DNA from: a virus
Virus record (IMG/VR): IMGVR_UViG_3300048999_000192
Coordinates: 32,001 to 96,000 of that record
DNA: 64,000 nt
Strand: one strand, 5' to 3'
The translations under genes and the position numbers were made by a program. A model generated the notes under the pieces. It was given only the letters and a program-made list of their open reading frames with translations, searched no databases and was not told the origin of the DNA. Of the stretch, positions 9,777-19,800 are shown piece after piece; position 1 is the stretch's first letter; the number at the start of each line of letters is the position of its first letter.

Positions 9777-10437
9777 GGAGCGCCAGGTCGCCCGCAAGGT
9801 GGCCGAGGAGATCGCCACCCAGGACGAGACGATGGAGGTCGACCCGCACCCGGACCGTACGAGGGAGTTCCGGACCCCCGGCTTCGCCCGGATGCGCCTG
9901 AACTGGTCCGGCGAGGACGGCGCGGTGATCGCCGGGGTCATCGAGACCGTGGACATGATCCTGATGGAGCGGTTCCCGGTGGCCTACGAGGTCATGTACG
10001 AGATCTTCAACGTCGTGCGGGAGCCCGAGGTCGACGGCACCGGCCAGCCGATGATGGACCACCTGCAGCTCCCGATCTGGCGGAAGAACGCCTCGGGCAC
10101 CTACGTCGAGGACTGGGGCAGGCTCACCGACCGGCTGCGGGAGAACTCCCTGCACAAGATCACGCTCTACCTGATCGAGTGGGAGGAGCACAAGGAGAAC
10201 CTCTGGGGCGAGGCCATGTTCGCCAAGGCGGCCTGGGAGGAGCGCTTCGCGGGGGGCTTCCTGAGCGCGCCGGGGACCAAGCCCACGGTCGACGCCGCCA
10301 CCAACTACGGCCGGGCGGCCAGCATGGAGGAGCGGTACTTCGCGATCTTCAAGACGCTGGTCTCGCGCCGGGCCGACGCCCTCACCCGCTCGATGGAGCG
10401 GCTCGGCCAGCGGCTGAAGGACACGACGATCCGGTAG
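9760..10437 (+). CDS. Hypothetical phage protein
   Basis: 225-aa ORF with typical codon usage, ends before a hairpin. Confidence 0.7.
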   Translation: MNTDAEERQVARKVAEEIATQDETMEVDPHPDRTREFRTPGFARMRLNWSGEDGAVIAGVIETVDMILMERFPVAYEVMYEIFNVVREPEVDGTGQPMMDHLQLPIWRKNASGTYVEDWGRLTDRLRENSLHKITLYLIEWEEHKENLWGEAMFAKAAWEERFAGGFLSAPGTKPTVDAATNYGRAASMEERYFAIFKTLVSRRADALTRSMERLGQRLKDTTIR

Positions 10438-10439
10438 CC

Positions 10440-10473
10440 GTTCAGCTTTCCTGAACATCGCCGAAAGCTGAAC
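10440..10473 (+). terminator. Hairpin closing the replication operon
   Basis: GTTCAGCTTTC / GAAAGCTGAAC inverted repeat immediately after the stop codon. Confidence 0.6.
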
Positions 10474-10782
10474 ACGTGGCCGGGCACCCTGGACTTGCAC
10501 CAGGGTTCTCCGCCCTCCAACGGACGGTGACCTCACCGGGTCCATTCATCTCATGCCGGAAATTTGCGCGCGTCCGGGCGAGGTGTTCCCAGTACCCCCG
10601 AGGGGGCTCGTTGATCGATACCCGAGCTTTGAGGGTATCTGGTCCGCACGGCCCGACCAACCTTCCTTGCCAATCACCCCGCTGGGTGAGTTAATCTTCA
10701 ACCAGCGGGGTGATCCACTTCCGCCTCCCCCGACTACAGGGGGGCGCTGCGTCTGGGCCGGAAGGGGCGAGGTCGTCGAGGG

Positions 10783-11703
10783 TTGAATCACAAGCTGCTG
10801 CGTGAGCTCTTCCGCCATCTCCAGGCCTTCAAGGCACTGTTCGAGAACGAGGGCGTCGACAGCATCACCTCACCTACGGGCGAGGAATACTTCCTCTACG
10901 ACATCGACTACCTCTACGAGTGCACCCAGACACGCGTACGGCTGACCCCCGTCTCACCCCCCGAATACCTTCTCTCCCCCCGGCAGCGCCAAGCCATTGA
11001 GCTGTTCCTCTATTGCAACATCCGCGAAAAGGATGTCGCAGTGCTCATGGGCGTCTCGGATACGAATCCGATTGCGATCTACGCCACGCAGGGGCTGAAC
11101 AAATTGTGCGCCCTGATCAACTCTGGCCAGTTGAGCCGTTATCGGCCTGTGCTCGATGGAGGGATGGAACATGCGAATTCGCTATGGGGTGAACCAGCCG
11201 CTGGAGGAGATGGCCAACGAGCTGATCCGCCAGTCGCTGGCCGGGGTGACGGCCCGCTCAGCGAAGGCGGACATCCTGACGCCATGGAAGGAACGCGACC
11301 GTCTGAGCCGCGAGGTCTACAACTCGTCGGGCACGGTCGACCCGGCGACGCGACGGGGGATGTACCACCGCGCGTGGAATTCACAGCACTCCCACCTGAA
11401 CTCACGCGATGGCGTCGCGCCCCCGCGCCGGATCCCGACGGGACTGGCGGAGTTCGTGGACAAGGAGTGGCCGTCGAACCCGTTCTGGCCGGACGACCCG
11501 AGCCCGCAGGAATAGATCAGCGCCTTTACCGGCTCACCATTCGCTGGGGCAAGCAGGTCCGGCTGAAGTGCGCCCAGTGCACCAAATACATCAAGGGCGG
11601 CGCGGAGGGGCATCTGCACTGCAGTTGTGGCTGCGCCTATCGTCAGGTCCAGGACGACTATTACGAGATGATCGAGGTGGACCGTGACGCAGCCGTCGCG
11701 TGA
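10783..11703 (+). CDS. Sigma-70 region-4-like HTH protein with a read-through C-terminal Zn-ribbon
   Basis: LSPRQRQAIELFLYCNIREKDVAVLMGVS; C-terminal CAQC...CSCGC; the middle overlaps another gene. Confidence 0.65.
   Translation: MNHKLLRELFRHLQAFKALFENEGVDSITSPTGEEYFLYDIDYLYECTQTRVRLTPVSPPEYLLSPRQRQAIELFLYCNIREKDVAVLMGVSDTNPIAIYATQGLNKLCALINSGQLSRYRPVLDGGMEHANSLWGEPAAGGDGQRADPPVAGRGDGPLSEGGHPDAMEGTRPSEPRGLQLVGHGRPGDATGDVPPRVEFTALPPELTRWRRAPAPDPDGTGGVRGQGVAVEPVLAGRPEPAGIDQRLYRLTIRWGKQVRLKCAQCTKYIKGGAEGHLHCSCGCAYRQVQDDYYEMIEVDRDAAVA
11171..11515 (+). CDS. Hypothetical protein nested in an alternative frame of 10783-11703
   Basis: ATG with upstream GGAGGG; globular-looking sequence with normal codon bias (REVYNSSGTVDP..GMYHRAWN). 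Confidence 0.65.
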   Translation: MRIRYGVNQPLEEMANELIRQSLAGVTARSAKADILTPWKERDRLSREVYNSSGTVDPATRRGMYHRAWNSQHSHLNSRDGVAPPRRIPTGLAEFVDKEWPSNPFWPDDPSPQE

Positions 11704-12322
11704 GCTCCTGCCGCAGAGCGTCGCTCAGGTGCGGATCGGCAAGCACGTCTACCCGGTGAGATCGGTGCCGACCTGCACTGTCTGCCAGAGCCCGCACCGC
11801 TACTCGATCGAGCGCGAGCTGATGTACGGCAGTACCTACAAGGCCGTGCACACCTCCATGGAGGCGCTCGACCCGCCGCCGCCGACGGCCGAGGCCATGG
11901 CCCGCCACGTGGTGAACAACCACATGCCGCTCCAGCAGACCTCCCAGCGCCTCATGATCGAGCGCCGGGCCGTGGAGATGGGCAAGAGCATCGAGGAGGG
12001 CGCAGAGAGCCTCCTGGACGCCGCCGGGGTCAACTCCGCGATCATCGAGCGTGGCTTCCGCCGCCTGCAGGACGGCGACATCGAGCCCAACATGAACGAC
12101 CTCCTGCAGGCGCTGAAGCTCCAGGCCCAGATCGACGCCGCCACCCCGTCCGGCTCGGTCGACAACGAGGTCTGGATGGAGGCGATGATGGAGGCGATGA
12201 AGATCGCCCAGAAGATCATGCCGCCAGAGATGTGGGGTCGGTTCGGGGCGGAGCTCGCCGCCTCCCCGGTGGTGAAGGCGATCCAGGGGCACACCGTCCC
12301 CGGCGAGGTGGCCGAGGGATGA
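11684..12322 (+). CDS. HTH/Zn-binding protein, possible terminase small subunit
   Basis: CTVCQSPHR...ARHVVNNHM; helical; lies upstream of the large terminase. Confidence 0.45.
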   Translation: MTQPSRELLPQSVAQVRIGKHVYPVRSVPTCTVCQSPHRYSIERELMYGSTYKAVHTSMEALDPPPPTAEAMARHVVNNHMPLQQTSQRLMIERRAVEMGKSIEEGAESLLDAAGVNSAIIERGFRRLQDGDIEPNMNDLLQALKLQAQIDAATPSGSVDNEVWMEAMMEAMKIAQKIMPPEMWGRFGAELAASPVVKAIQGHTVPGEVAEG

Positions 12323-12323
12323 C

Positions 12324-12377
12324 ATCATTTTATTTTCTTCCTACATCTTGTCCTACTCCAAAGAAGCTTGGTAGTCT
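12324..12377 (+). promoter_or_regulatory. AT tract plus sigma70-type promoter with spacer palindrome
   Basis: ATCATTTTATTTTCTTCC then TTGTCC-N18(TACTCCAAAGAAGCTTGG)-TAGTCT. Confidence 0.75.
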
Positions 12378-12407
12378 GAGGGCTCCAAACGCCACTGGAG
12401 GTGGAAG

Positions 12408-13448
12408 ATGTTCCTTCGCGAGATGAGCGGCGACACCCTCGAAGACGTCGCCAACAAGCTCGGGCGTGACCTGCGGTCCTGGACCGGCCCGGCGATGGAC
12501 GTGGAGCCGCACCTGGAGGAGCCCGAGCCGTACTTCGTCCTGGGCGACGACCGGGTGCAGGTGCCCGCCACGACCGCCACGGTCAAGCAGTTCGCCAGCT
12601 TCGTCGGCCTGCCGCCCAAGACCGCCCTGGAGTTCCGCGACAAGGGCGCGGATCTGCAGCAGCTCGCCTTCAAGACCTACCTGGACCACATCCCGCACGA
12701 GGTGACCGTCCGCTTCGACGACGCTGGTGTCCACGAGATGTGGAAGGCCTCGCTCCAGCGGGTGCCGGTCGATGAGCTCGTGCAGGTGGCCATCGACGTC
12801 ATCGCGCCGAACGCGCCGGTGGTGGAGTGGTCGGCCGACGCCGAGGAGTTCTACCTGGACGTCGTCGCCCCCGCCGACCATGACTTCGGCCGCGTCGGCG
12901 GCCCCGGCGCCGTCGGCGACATCACCGCCGGTGGGATCGTCATCACCCAGAACCGCAAGGCCAACCAGGCCCCGCAGGTGAACACCAAGCTCTTCCGCCT
13001 GGCGTGCACCAACGGGTACGAGAGCGCCTCCTCCGGCCGCAAGGTCGACTCCCGGGGCGCGTCGGTCGAGGAGATCCTGGCCGAGCTCAACCGGATGGCC
13101 AACCAGGCCTTCGCCGAGGTCGAGGCGCAGGCGCACAGCTTCTACGAGACCCGCAACGAGGCGATCGTGGGTGACCCCACGCAGGCGATGATCCGCCTGG
13201 CCGACGAGTACGGCCTGCCGGAGCGCACGTCCGGCGCGCTGGCCCGCCTGGTGCCGGACGTGATCAGCGGTCTCGACGATGGTGAGTCGCTGAGCATGTT
13301 CCACTTCATCAACGAGATCACCAACTACGCCAACCAGGGCAACCTGATCGAGCACCGCAACGTCCGCCGGGCGCTGTACCGCGCCGGTGGCTCCCTGATC
13401 AGCGAGCACCACGAGCGCTGCGGCACCTGCCGCCAGCGCCTGAGCTGA
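12408..13448 (+). CDS. DUF932-like protein
   Basis: GGIVIT...LFRLACTNG signature; GGAGG RBS. Confidence 0.65.
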   Translation: MFLREMSGDTLEDVANKLGRDLRSWTGPAMDVEPHLEEPEPYFVLGDDRVQVPATTATVKQFASFVGLPPKTALEFRDKGADLQQLAFKTYLDHIPHEVTVRFDDAGVHEMWKASLQRVPVDELVQVAIDVIAPNAPVVEWSADAEEFYLDVVAPADHDFGRVGGPGAVGDITAGGIVITQNRKANQAPQVNTKLFRLACTNGYESASSGRKVDSRGASVEEILAELNRMANQAFAEVEAQAHSFYETRNEAIVGDPTQAMIRLADEYGLPERTSGALARLVPDVISGLDDGESLSMFHFINEITNYANQGNLIEHRNVRRALYRAGGSLISEHHERCGTCRQRLS

Positions 13449-13509
13449 GCAACGACGAGACAGCGGGGCCGGGCCGACACCCGGCCCCGTCTGCATGAGA
13501 GGAAGTGCC

Positions 13510-13935
13510 ATGGGCGTCGACACCAGCATCGAGCTCTACGACTCGGATCTGCTCGTCATCGAGGCGGTCCTGATGATGCTGAATGAGAAGGTCGGCACAC
13601 GCCGGAACATCCAGGCCTTCCACGACGAGATCATCGGCCGGTTCGCCGAGGGAGTCGACGGCGTCGGCTTCCGCGTCTCGGTCACCTGGCATGAGTACGC
13701 CGTCGGCGGCCAGAAGGTCGATGGCGCGATGCCCGAGATCATGATCCTCGGTCGGATCGAGGAGGAGACAGAGTTCGACCGCGAGCGCCAGCAGGCGCAG
13801 GTGGTCGGCAACATCCTGGAGCTGCCCGGCCAGACCAAGGGCGAGACGCTCAAGATGGACAATGAGCAGGTCAAGCAGTTCATGGAGCAGCACAAGCAGA
13901 CACACGGCAGTGGCTGCGGTCCCGACGAGGAGTAG
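13510..13935 (+). CDS. Hypothetical protein
   Basis: GAGAGG RBS; directly precedes the terminase. Confidence 0.65.
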   Translation: MGVDTSIELYDSDLLVIEAVLMMLNEKVGTRRNIQAFHDEIIGRFAEGVDGVGFRVSVTWHEYAVGGQKVDGAMPEIMILGRIEEETEFDRERQQAQVVGNILELPGQTKGETLKMDNEQVKQFMEQHKQTHGSGCGPDEE

Positions 13936-13938
13936 GGA

Positions 13939-16038
13939 ATGGCCCTAGCTTCCCGATCTCCCCTGGTCCAGTCCGCGACCACAAAGCGGCGTAGCAAGCT
14001 GCCCCCGGCCGGGCCGGTAGAGGTCTTCCAGTGGTTCCACGGGGTGCAGGTCCCCGACCCGATCACCTTCGTGGTCGGGGAGCAGTGGCTGAACAGGCCG
14101 AATCTGTACCCGCGCCAGGCCACCATGCTCAAGATCATCTTCCTGCGGGATGACCTGTTCACCGCCTATGACCATGCCGTCATCCAGGAGTGGATCGAGG
14201 AGTTCGACCCCAAGACCAACCCCGAGGGCATCCAGCCGGACGTCTACGAGCGCATCACCCAGCTCAAGGCCGAGGGGCGGCGGTGGTTTCGCGAGGTGCT
14301 GCTGGCCGTCGGCCGACGCGGTGGCAAGGGCTACATCTCCGCGCTGGCCATGGCCTACATCCTGTGGTGCTACATGGCCAAGGGCGACCCCCAGGACTAC
14401 TACGGGATCGACCGGGACAAGAAGCTCACCCTGCTGGTGTTCGCGGGCAAGCGGACCCAGGCCAAGGAGAACCTCTGGCGCGACGTCTACAACGTGATCA
14501 CCGGCGGCCCCTGCTTCGGCCCGTACATCAACAACGCCACCACCGAGAACCTGACGATCTACGCCCCGCACGACTTCGTCCGGATCAAGGAGCTGGAGGA
14601 CCGGGGGATCTCGCCAGCGATCGACATGGCGACCTTCCAGGTGCTCCCCCGCGAGTCGACCAGCCTGGCCGGTCGAGGCCCGGCCTCCTTCATTCTCGGC
14701 TTCGACGAGATGGCCCACGTGGTCAAGGCCGTTGCCAAGGCCGACGCCGGGGAGGTCTACGACGGCGCGACACCCAGCCTGGACCAGTTCCGGCAGGACA
14801 GCTTCATCGTGGCCCCCAGCTCGACCTGGCAGATGCTGGGCAAGTTCTACGAGCTCTGGGAGCTCTCGCTGGAGACCGATGACGAGACCGGCGAGGCGCT
14901 GTACCCGGAGAAGCTGATGATCCAGCTCTCCTCCTGGGGCCCGTACATGGACTGGGAGGACGCCCACCGGATCCCGTTGTTCCCCGCCGACTTCCAGGGG
15001 GACCAGGGGGAGTACGTCGAGGTCAAGCACCCCACTCTCAAGCAGCTCAAGGGGCCGGTGCAGGCCTACGACGCCCAGATGCGCCGGGAGGAGCGGGCCA
15101 ACCCTGACACCTTCCGGGTCGAGCGTCTCTCGCGCTGGGCGACCGCGCTGGACGCCTACCTGAACGAGCGCAAGGTGGACGCGATCTTCGACCCCTGGCT
15201 GGGGCGGCCGGAGGAGTACGGGCGTGCCGACCTGCGCATGCAGTCCAAGGGCCTGCTGGTCACCACGTACAAGGCCCATGGGGACCCGGCGGAGGTCAAC
15301 TGCAGGTTCGGTTTCGCGGTCGCGCACGAGGAGATCGTCTGGACCAAGGACGAGAAGAATCGCGACGTCCCGGTGGCGCATGCGGTCTTCGACCTGATCC
15401 ACCACTGGGACCCGGCGGACTTCCCGGATCACACGATCGACTATGACGAAGTGCTGGACTGGATCTGGGACAAGGTCGTCACCAAGTTCCACCCCGAAGA
15501 GCTGACGTTCGACCAGTTCAACAACGTCGCCACGATCCAGCGGCTGCAGAAGAGGGTGCGCGGCACCCGGCTGCCCAAGCGGGTCAGCGTCGAGGAGAAG
15601 ACGGCCACGGCCCAGCTCAACTGGACCCGCTTCGAGCAGTTCAAGGCCGCCATCAACATGGGGCTCGTGCACGCCCCGCAGTACGACTTCGCCCAGCAGG
15701 AGCTGAAGTTCCTCACTAAGCCGGACGGCACCAACCGGGTCGACCATCCGACCAGCGGTCCGGTCCAGACGAAGGACATCGCCGACTGTATGGTGGAATG
15801 CGTACATGTCCTACTCGGGGAGCAGATGAACAACTTCCTGAACAAGGACCTGCGCGGCTTCGGCCTGCCGGGCAGCATCCCCGGCGGCGTCGACCCGATG
15901 CGGCACATGGACGGCGGCGAGCACCGGACACCCCAGGAGGCACTCTCGGGGTTCTCCCGGGCGCGAGGTGGCGGGAGGCCCCAGGGTGGCGGCTACAACC
16001 GCCCGCGCGGCCCAGGCCGCCGGGGCGGAAGGTACTGA
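13939..16038 (+). CDS. Terminase large subunit
   Basis: Walker A VGRRGGKG, Walker B ILGFDEMAH, nuclease-domain HGDPA, FDQFN and KDIAD. Confidence 0.9.
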   Translation: MALASRSPLVQSATTKRRSKLPPAGPVEVFQWFHGVQVPDPITFVVGEQWLNRPNLYPRQATMLKIIFLRDDLFTAYDHAVIQEWIEEFDPKTNPEGIQPDVYERITQLKAEGRRWFREVLLAVGRRGGKGYISALAMAYILWCYMAKGDPQDYYGIDRDKKLTLLVFAGKRTQAKENLWRDVYNVITGGPCFGPYINNATTENLTIYAPHDFVRIKELEDRGISPAIDMATFQVLPRESTSLAGRGPASFILGFDEMAHVVKAVAKADAGEVYDGATPSLDQFRQDSFIVAPSSTWQMLGKFYELWELSLETDDETGEALYPEKLMIQLSSWGPYMDWEDAHRIPLFPADFQGDQGEYVEVKHPTLKQLKGPVQAYDAQMRREERANPDTFRVERLSRWATALDAYLNERKVDAIFDPWLGRPEEYGRADLRMQSKGLLVTTYKAHGDPAEVNCRFGFAVAHEEIVWTKDEKNRDVPVAHAVFDLIHHWDPADFPDHTIDYDEVLDWIWDKVVTKFHPEELTFDQFNNVATIQRLQKRVRGTRLPKRVSVEEKTATAQLNWTRFEQFKAAINMGLVHAPQYDFAQQELKFLTKPDGTNRVDHPTSGPVQTKDIADCMVECVHVLLGEQMNNFLNKDLRGFGLPGSIPGGVDPMRHMDGGEHRTPQEALSGFSRARGGGRPQGGGYNRPRGPGRRGGRY

Positions 16039-16222
16039 CTGTCGCGATGGTTGTTTCGAGGGCGGCGGTCTGGCATGGTAATCGGGTCGTCAGCGGTGGG
16101 TGAGCCGGGTCTCTGGCGGGACCTCTCAGGCCCCGAGATGGCCTCTCAGCGGTCCCGTCGGCTCAGGCGACTCCAATCCGGCGGGACCGCCTTCCTTGGC
16201 ATCGAGCTCAACGGCTGGCGAC

Positions 16223-16438
16223 GTGACCTCTGACAACCGCCCTGCGTGGGAGTACCTCTGCGACCTGTGCGGTCACTCCCACCCGCTCCACCGGAACGGC
16301 ACTTCCCGGTGCAGGGCCATGGGGTGCAAGGCAGGCCCGAACGAAACTCCCTGTCCCGGCTTCATCGTGAAACCCGACGAGATAGGTGAACCCAATGCCC
16401 GTACGGCTTCCGGTCGGCGGACCCCGCGCTCTAGCTGA
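16223..16438 (+). CDS. Small Cys/His-rich hypothetical protein
   Basis: CDLCGHSHPLH...C...C...CPGF. Confidence 0.5.
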   Translation: MTSDNRPAWEYLCDLCGHSHPLHRNGTSRCRAMGCKAGPNETPCPGFIVKPDEIGEPNARTASGRRTPRSS

Positions 16439-16601
16439 GCACCTGGCCGATACCGAGCTCCCGGACCTGCGCCCGGCGGACATCGAGAATGACATCCGCC
16501 GCCACCCGCGCATCTACTACGTGGACTACGCGGCCCTGTGCGCCACGAAGAAGACCGAGCCCCTCTCGGTGGGCGTCTGGGTCGACCTCTGCATCGGCTG
16601 A
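16395..16601 (+). CDS. Hypothetical protein
   Basis: AGGTGA RBS-like site, short ORF. Confidence 0.5.
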   Translation: MPVRLPVGGPRALAEHLADTELPDLRPADIENDIRRHPRIYYVDYAALCATKKTEPLSVGVWVDLCIG

Positions 16602-16637
16602 GCTGTCAGCGGCTCTCCTGCGGCGCTGAAGAGGTGA
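16602..16637 (+). promoter_or_regulatory. Candidate late promoter GCTGTC-N20-GAAGAGGTGA
   Basis: Same motif and spacing at 55333 and 63606, each just upstream of a putative late gene. Confidence 0.55.
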
Positions 16638-16653
16638 ACCAGGGGAGGTCCAG

Positions 16654-16809
16654 GTGGCGATCGTGCGCAAGGTGCGGGTCCGGGCACCGCGAGGCAAGGA
16701 GCCGTGTGCCGACTGCGCGGCCGACGGCTGCGAGACGTGCGACAAGACCGGCTTCCTCCCGGCCGGGTCGGCCCCGGCACGACGACGCTCCTGGAGGGCG
16801 GCTCGGTGA
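16654..16809 (+). CDS. Small Zn-finger protein (MAIVRKVR...CADC...CETC)
   Basis: GGAGG RBS, GTG start, GTGA overlap with the giant ORF; absent from the ORF track. Confidence 0.55.
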   Translation: MAIVRKVRVRAPRGKEPCADCAADGCETCDKTGFLPAGSAPARRRSWRAAR

Positions 16810-19800
16810 GCGACTTCGACTTCTCCCACGAGGAGATCAACACCGGAGGGACGAAGTACCCGACGAGGGTGCATCTGCGCGCCCACCACCCGGACGGCTC
16901 GGACGCCGGGTCGATGCACTACTTCCCGCCCAAGCGCAAGGGCAGCCCCGTCACGGTGGACACCCTGCCTCACGGTGACGACCGCGCCCGGGGAGCCGGG
17001 TCGGCCTTGCTGGATGAGATGGAGCGCCGCCACCCGGGCTCCCGCGTCGTCTACATGGACGAGCTCCACGAGAAGAACAAGCCGAAGCCGGGCGATCCGA
17101 ACTTCAACGCCAACCGCGACTACGGCCTGCCGACCGACTGGGAGCACCACTTCCCCAAGCTCCCCGGCCAGATCCACCGGGGGATGGGCGTCCGGCTGGA
17201 CAAGTACACCGCCGGGGACATCAACAGCGGGGACATGCCCTCGGGCGACCAGGCCAAGATCCTGCGCGGCGCGATCGAGAACGGCGGCCCCGGCGGCATG
17301 CACTGGTCGGCGGACGAGTCCAAGTCCCACCAGTTCGCTCACCGGAACGTCATCGACCCCCGTACGGACATCCCCGTGGTGCTGCACGCCCGTACGCCAG
17401 GGCTCAAGGACGTCGAGACGCGTCCTGACGTGCTGCGGAACAAGGGCGTCTGGCCGCACGACCACATCTCCGGCGACGCTGAGGTGCCGATCCGCAAGAA
17501 GCGGCCCGTCCACATCACCGGGATCTCCTGGCTCCCCGACGCCGACCACCCGGAGGCGGACGAGCACGGGTGGGTGCACCACACCTTCGCCGAGCCGCTG
17601 GTGCACAACGCGTCCCAGGGCTTGGCTCCAAGGATTCTGGGGAATACACTGGGTGAAAGCCACGAAAGGGGCCGTAATGAGCACCGAGCAGGGCGGGGGA
17701 AGCCTCGTCATCGTGTCCAGCCGGGAGCTGGCGACGATTCTGGCCGAGCGGGAGAGCTCGGGGGAGACGCCGGTGACGTGGGAGCAGGTCAAGCAGCAGA
17801 ACGGCCTGTGACCTTCCACCCTCAGGCGGCCAAGGAGTTCGGCAAGCTCGACGGGCAGACCAAGCGCCAGGTCCAGAAGACGATCGACGCGCTGTCCACC
17901 GGCCAGCCGACCCAGACCCACTACCTGGACGCCCCGCTGAAGGGCTGGCAGGGCACCAAGGCCTCGCGCGGCCACCGGATCGTCCACAAGGACACCGACG
18001 ACGGGGGCCTGCACATCGGCTACGTCGGCCTGCACGACTACGAGAAGGCCGAGCGCCGCCTGGGTGCCCGCGAGCCCTTCGAGTTCGAGTACGCCCGCAA
18101 CACGATCCCGGCCCCAAAGATGCCGGGCGACGTGTACGGCCAGGACATCGAGCCCCACGGCCGGTATATGACCGTGCGCTCCCAGCCGGGCAACTACGTC
18201 GACAACGAGCGCATGAAGTGGGAGTTCGGCCAGCACCGCTTCGAGAACCCGCTGCACCTGGACGCCGAGGGCTGGAAGCAGCACCTCTCCGACATGCACG
18301 GCGGCAAGACCGGCCGGGAGCTCTCGCAGGCCGTACGGGACGCCGGGCACGACGGCATCGTCACGCATGAGACCTGGCGCGGCCAGCGCACGCCTGGCGA
18401 GATCGTCGACCTGACCGGCTTCAAGCGGCGCAGCAGGCTGGCGCGTACGGCGGCCGACGATGATGACGACTACCGCATGCAGCACCGGCCGCCGGATGCC
18501 GACTTCGGGGCTCCGCATCACGATCTGACCCAGATCCTGCCGGACGACGTCTACACCCACCCGCAGTACTACGACCCGAACGGTCAGGGCGGTGACTGGC
18601 ACGACCGGAAGACGTTCCAGGACTCTTACCACCAGATCCAGCGGACGCGGGACAAGCCGGAAGCTAAGGTCAAGATCTACCGATCCCTCCCGGCCGAGTA
18701 CGCCCATCAGGGCTTCCGTCCCGGCGACTGGGTGAGCACCTCTCGCGACTATGCGATCGGGCACGGCAAGCACCACGCCGACTCCAAGCACGACTGGCCG
18801 GTCATCTCCACCTCGGTACCGGCCAAGCACCTGCAGACCAGCGGTGACGACCTGCGCGAGTGGGGCTACACCGGCCCGCACAAGGAGTGGCCCGCCGTCT
18901 CGCACAAGGGCGGCTATCACCAGGAGATCCGCCAGCGTGCCGACGGCACCATCGCGCCGGTGAAGCGCCGTGCGCCCAAGGAGGCCGCCGACCGGGCGCT
19001 GTTCACCGAGAAGCAGCCGGAGGACATGCGCAACCAGGGCGGCACCGACTGGGACCGCGTTCACCCCACCCTGCCGCCGACTGTGCACCGGGGCGCAGGC
19101 TTCCTGCTCTCGCCCAAGGACCACGCCTACGTCCATGACGCCTCGATCCCGGCGGCCGACCGCGCGCACCACCTGATCGGCCTGATGAAGGGCAAGGCCT
19201 ACTCCGGCGGCATCGGCAAGCACTGGAGTACCGACCCGTGGGTGGCGCATCACTTCGCGGCCAATGAGGCCGGGCGCAACAGCGACGCCTACGAGACCGA
19301 AGCGCCGGACTACAAGTGGGGCACCGACGATGACGGTGACCCGAAGTGGCGGCCCGCCACGATGGTCATGCTGCACGCCAAGACCCCGGCTCGTGCCGAC
19401 CTGGACGAGACCCACCACGACGTCTGGGGACGCGGCGTCGACTACGAGACCCACCACGAGAAGGAAACGCCGGTCATCGCCGGGCGGCCGGTCCACGTCA
19501 CCGGCATGTCCTGGGGTACCGAGGATGATCCCGCGCCGGATGATGACGGCGAGCCCCAGACGCTCTGGCAGCACCACGAGGACGACTACGACGGCCCGGC
19601 GGACCCGCCGCAGCACGCCTACCCGCATCGCCACACCTTCCCTGGCGGGCAGGCCCACACCGCGACCTGGGAGGACGAGACGTACGCGGGCTGGGAGCCG
19701 CACCAGCGCGCGGTCTCTGAGGCCCAGGAGGCCGTACGGGCCGAGCACCCGTACCTGACCGCGCCGCTGCCGGACTCCATGAGCGAGCGGGACGAGGAGC

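Noticed and set aside
2026-16038. Inteins or introns in DnaE, RecA or the terminase
   Set aside because: No C...HN splice junctions or LAGLIDADG motifs seen, and the frames are continuous
16704-16805. ORF-track start of the giant protein at 16704
   Set aside because: This stretch is better explained by the small Zn-finger gene 16654-16809; the GTG at 16806 has a GGAGG RBS and GTGA coupling
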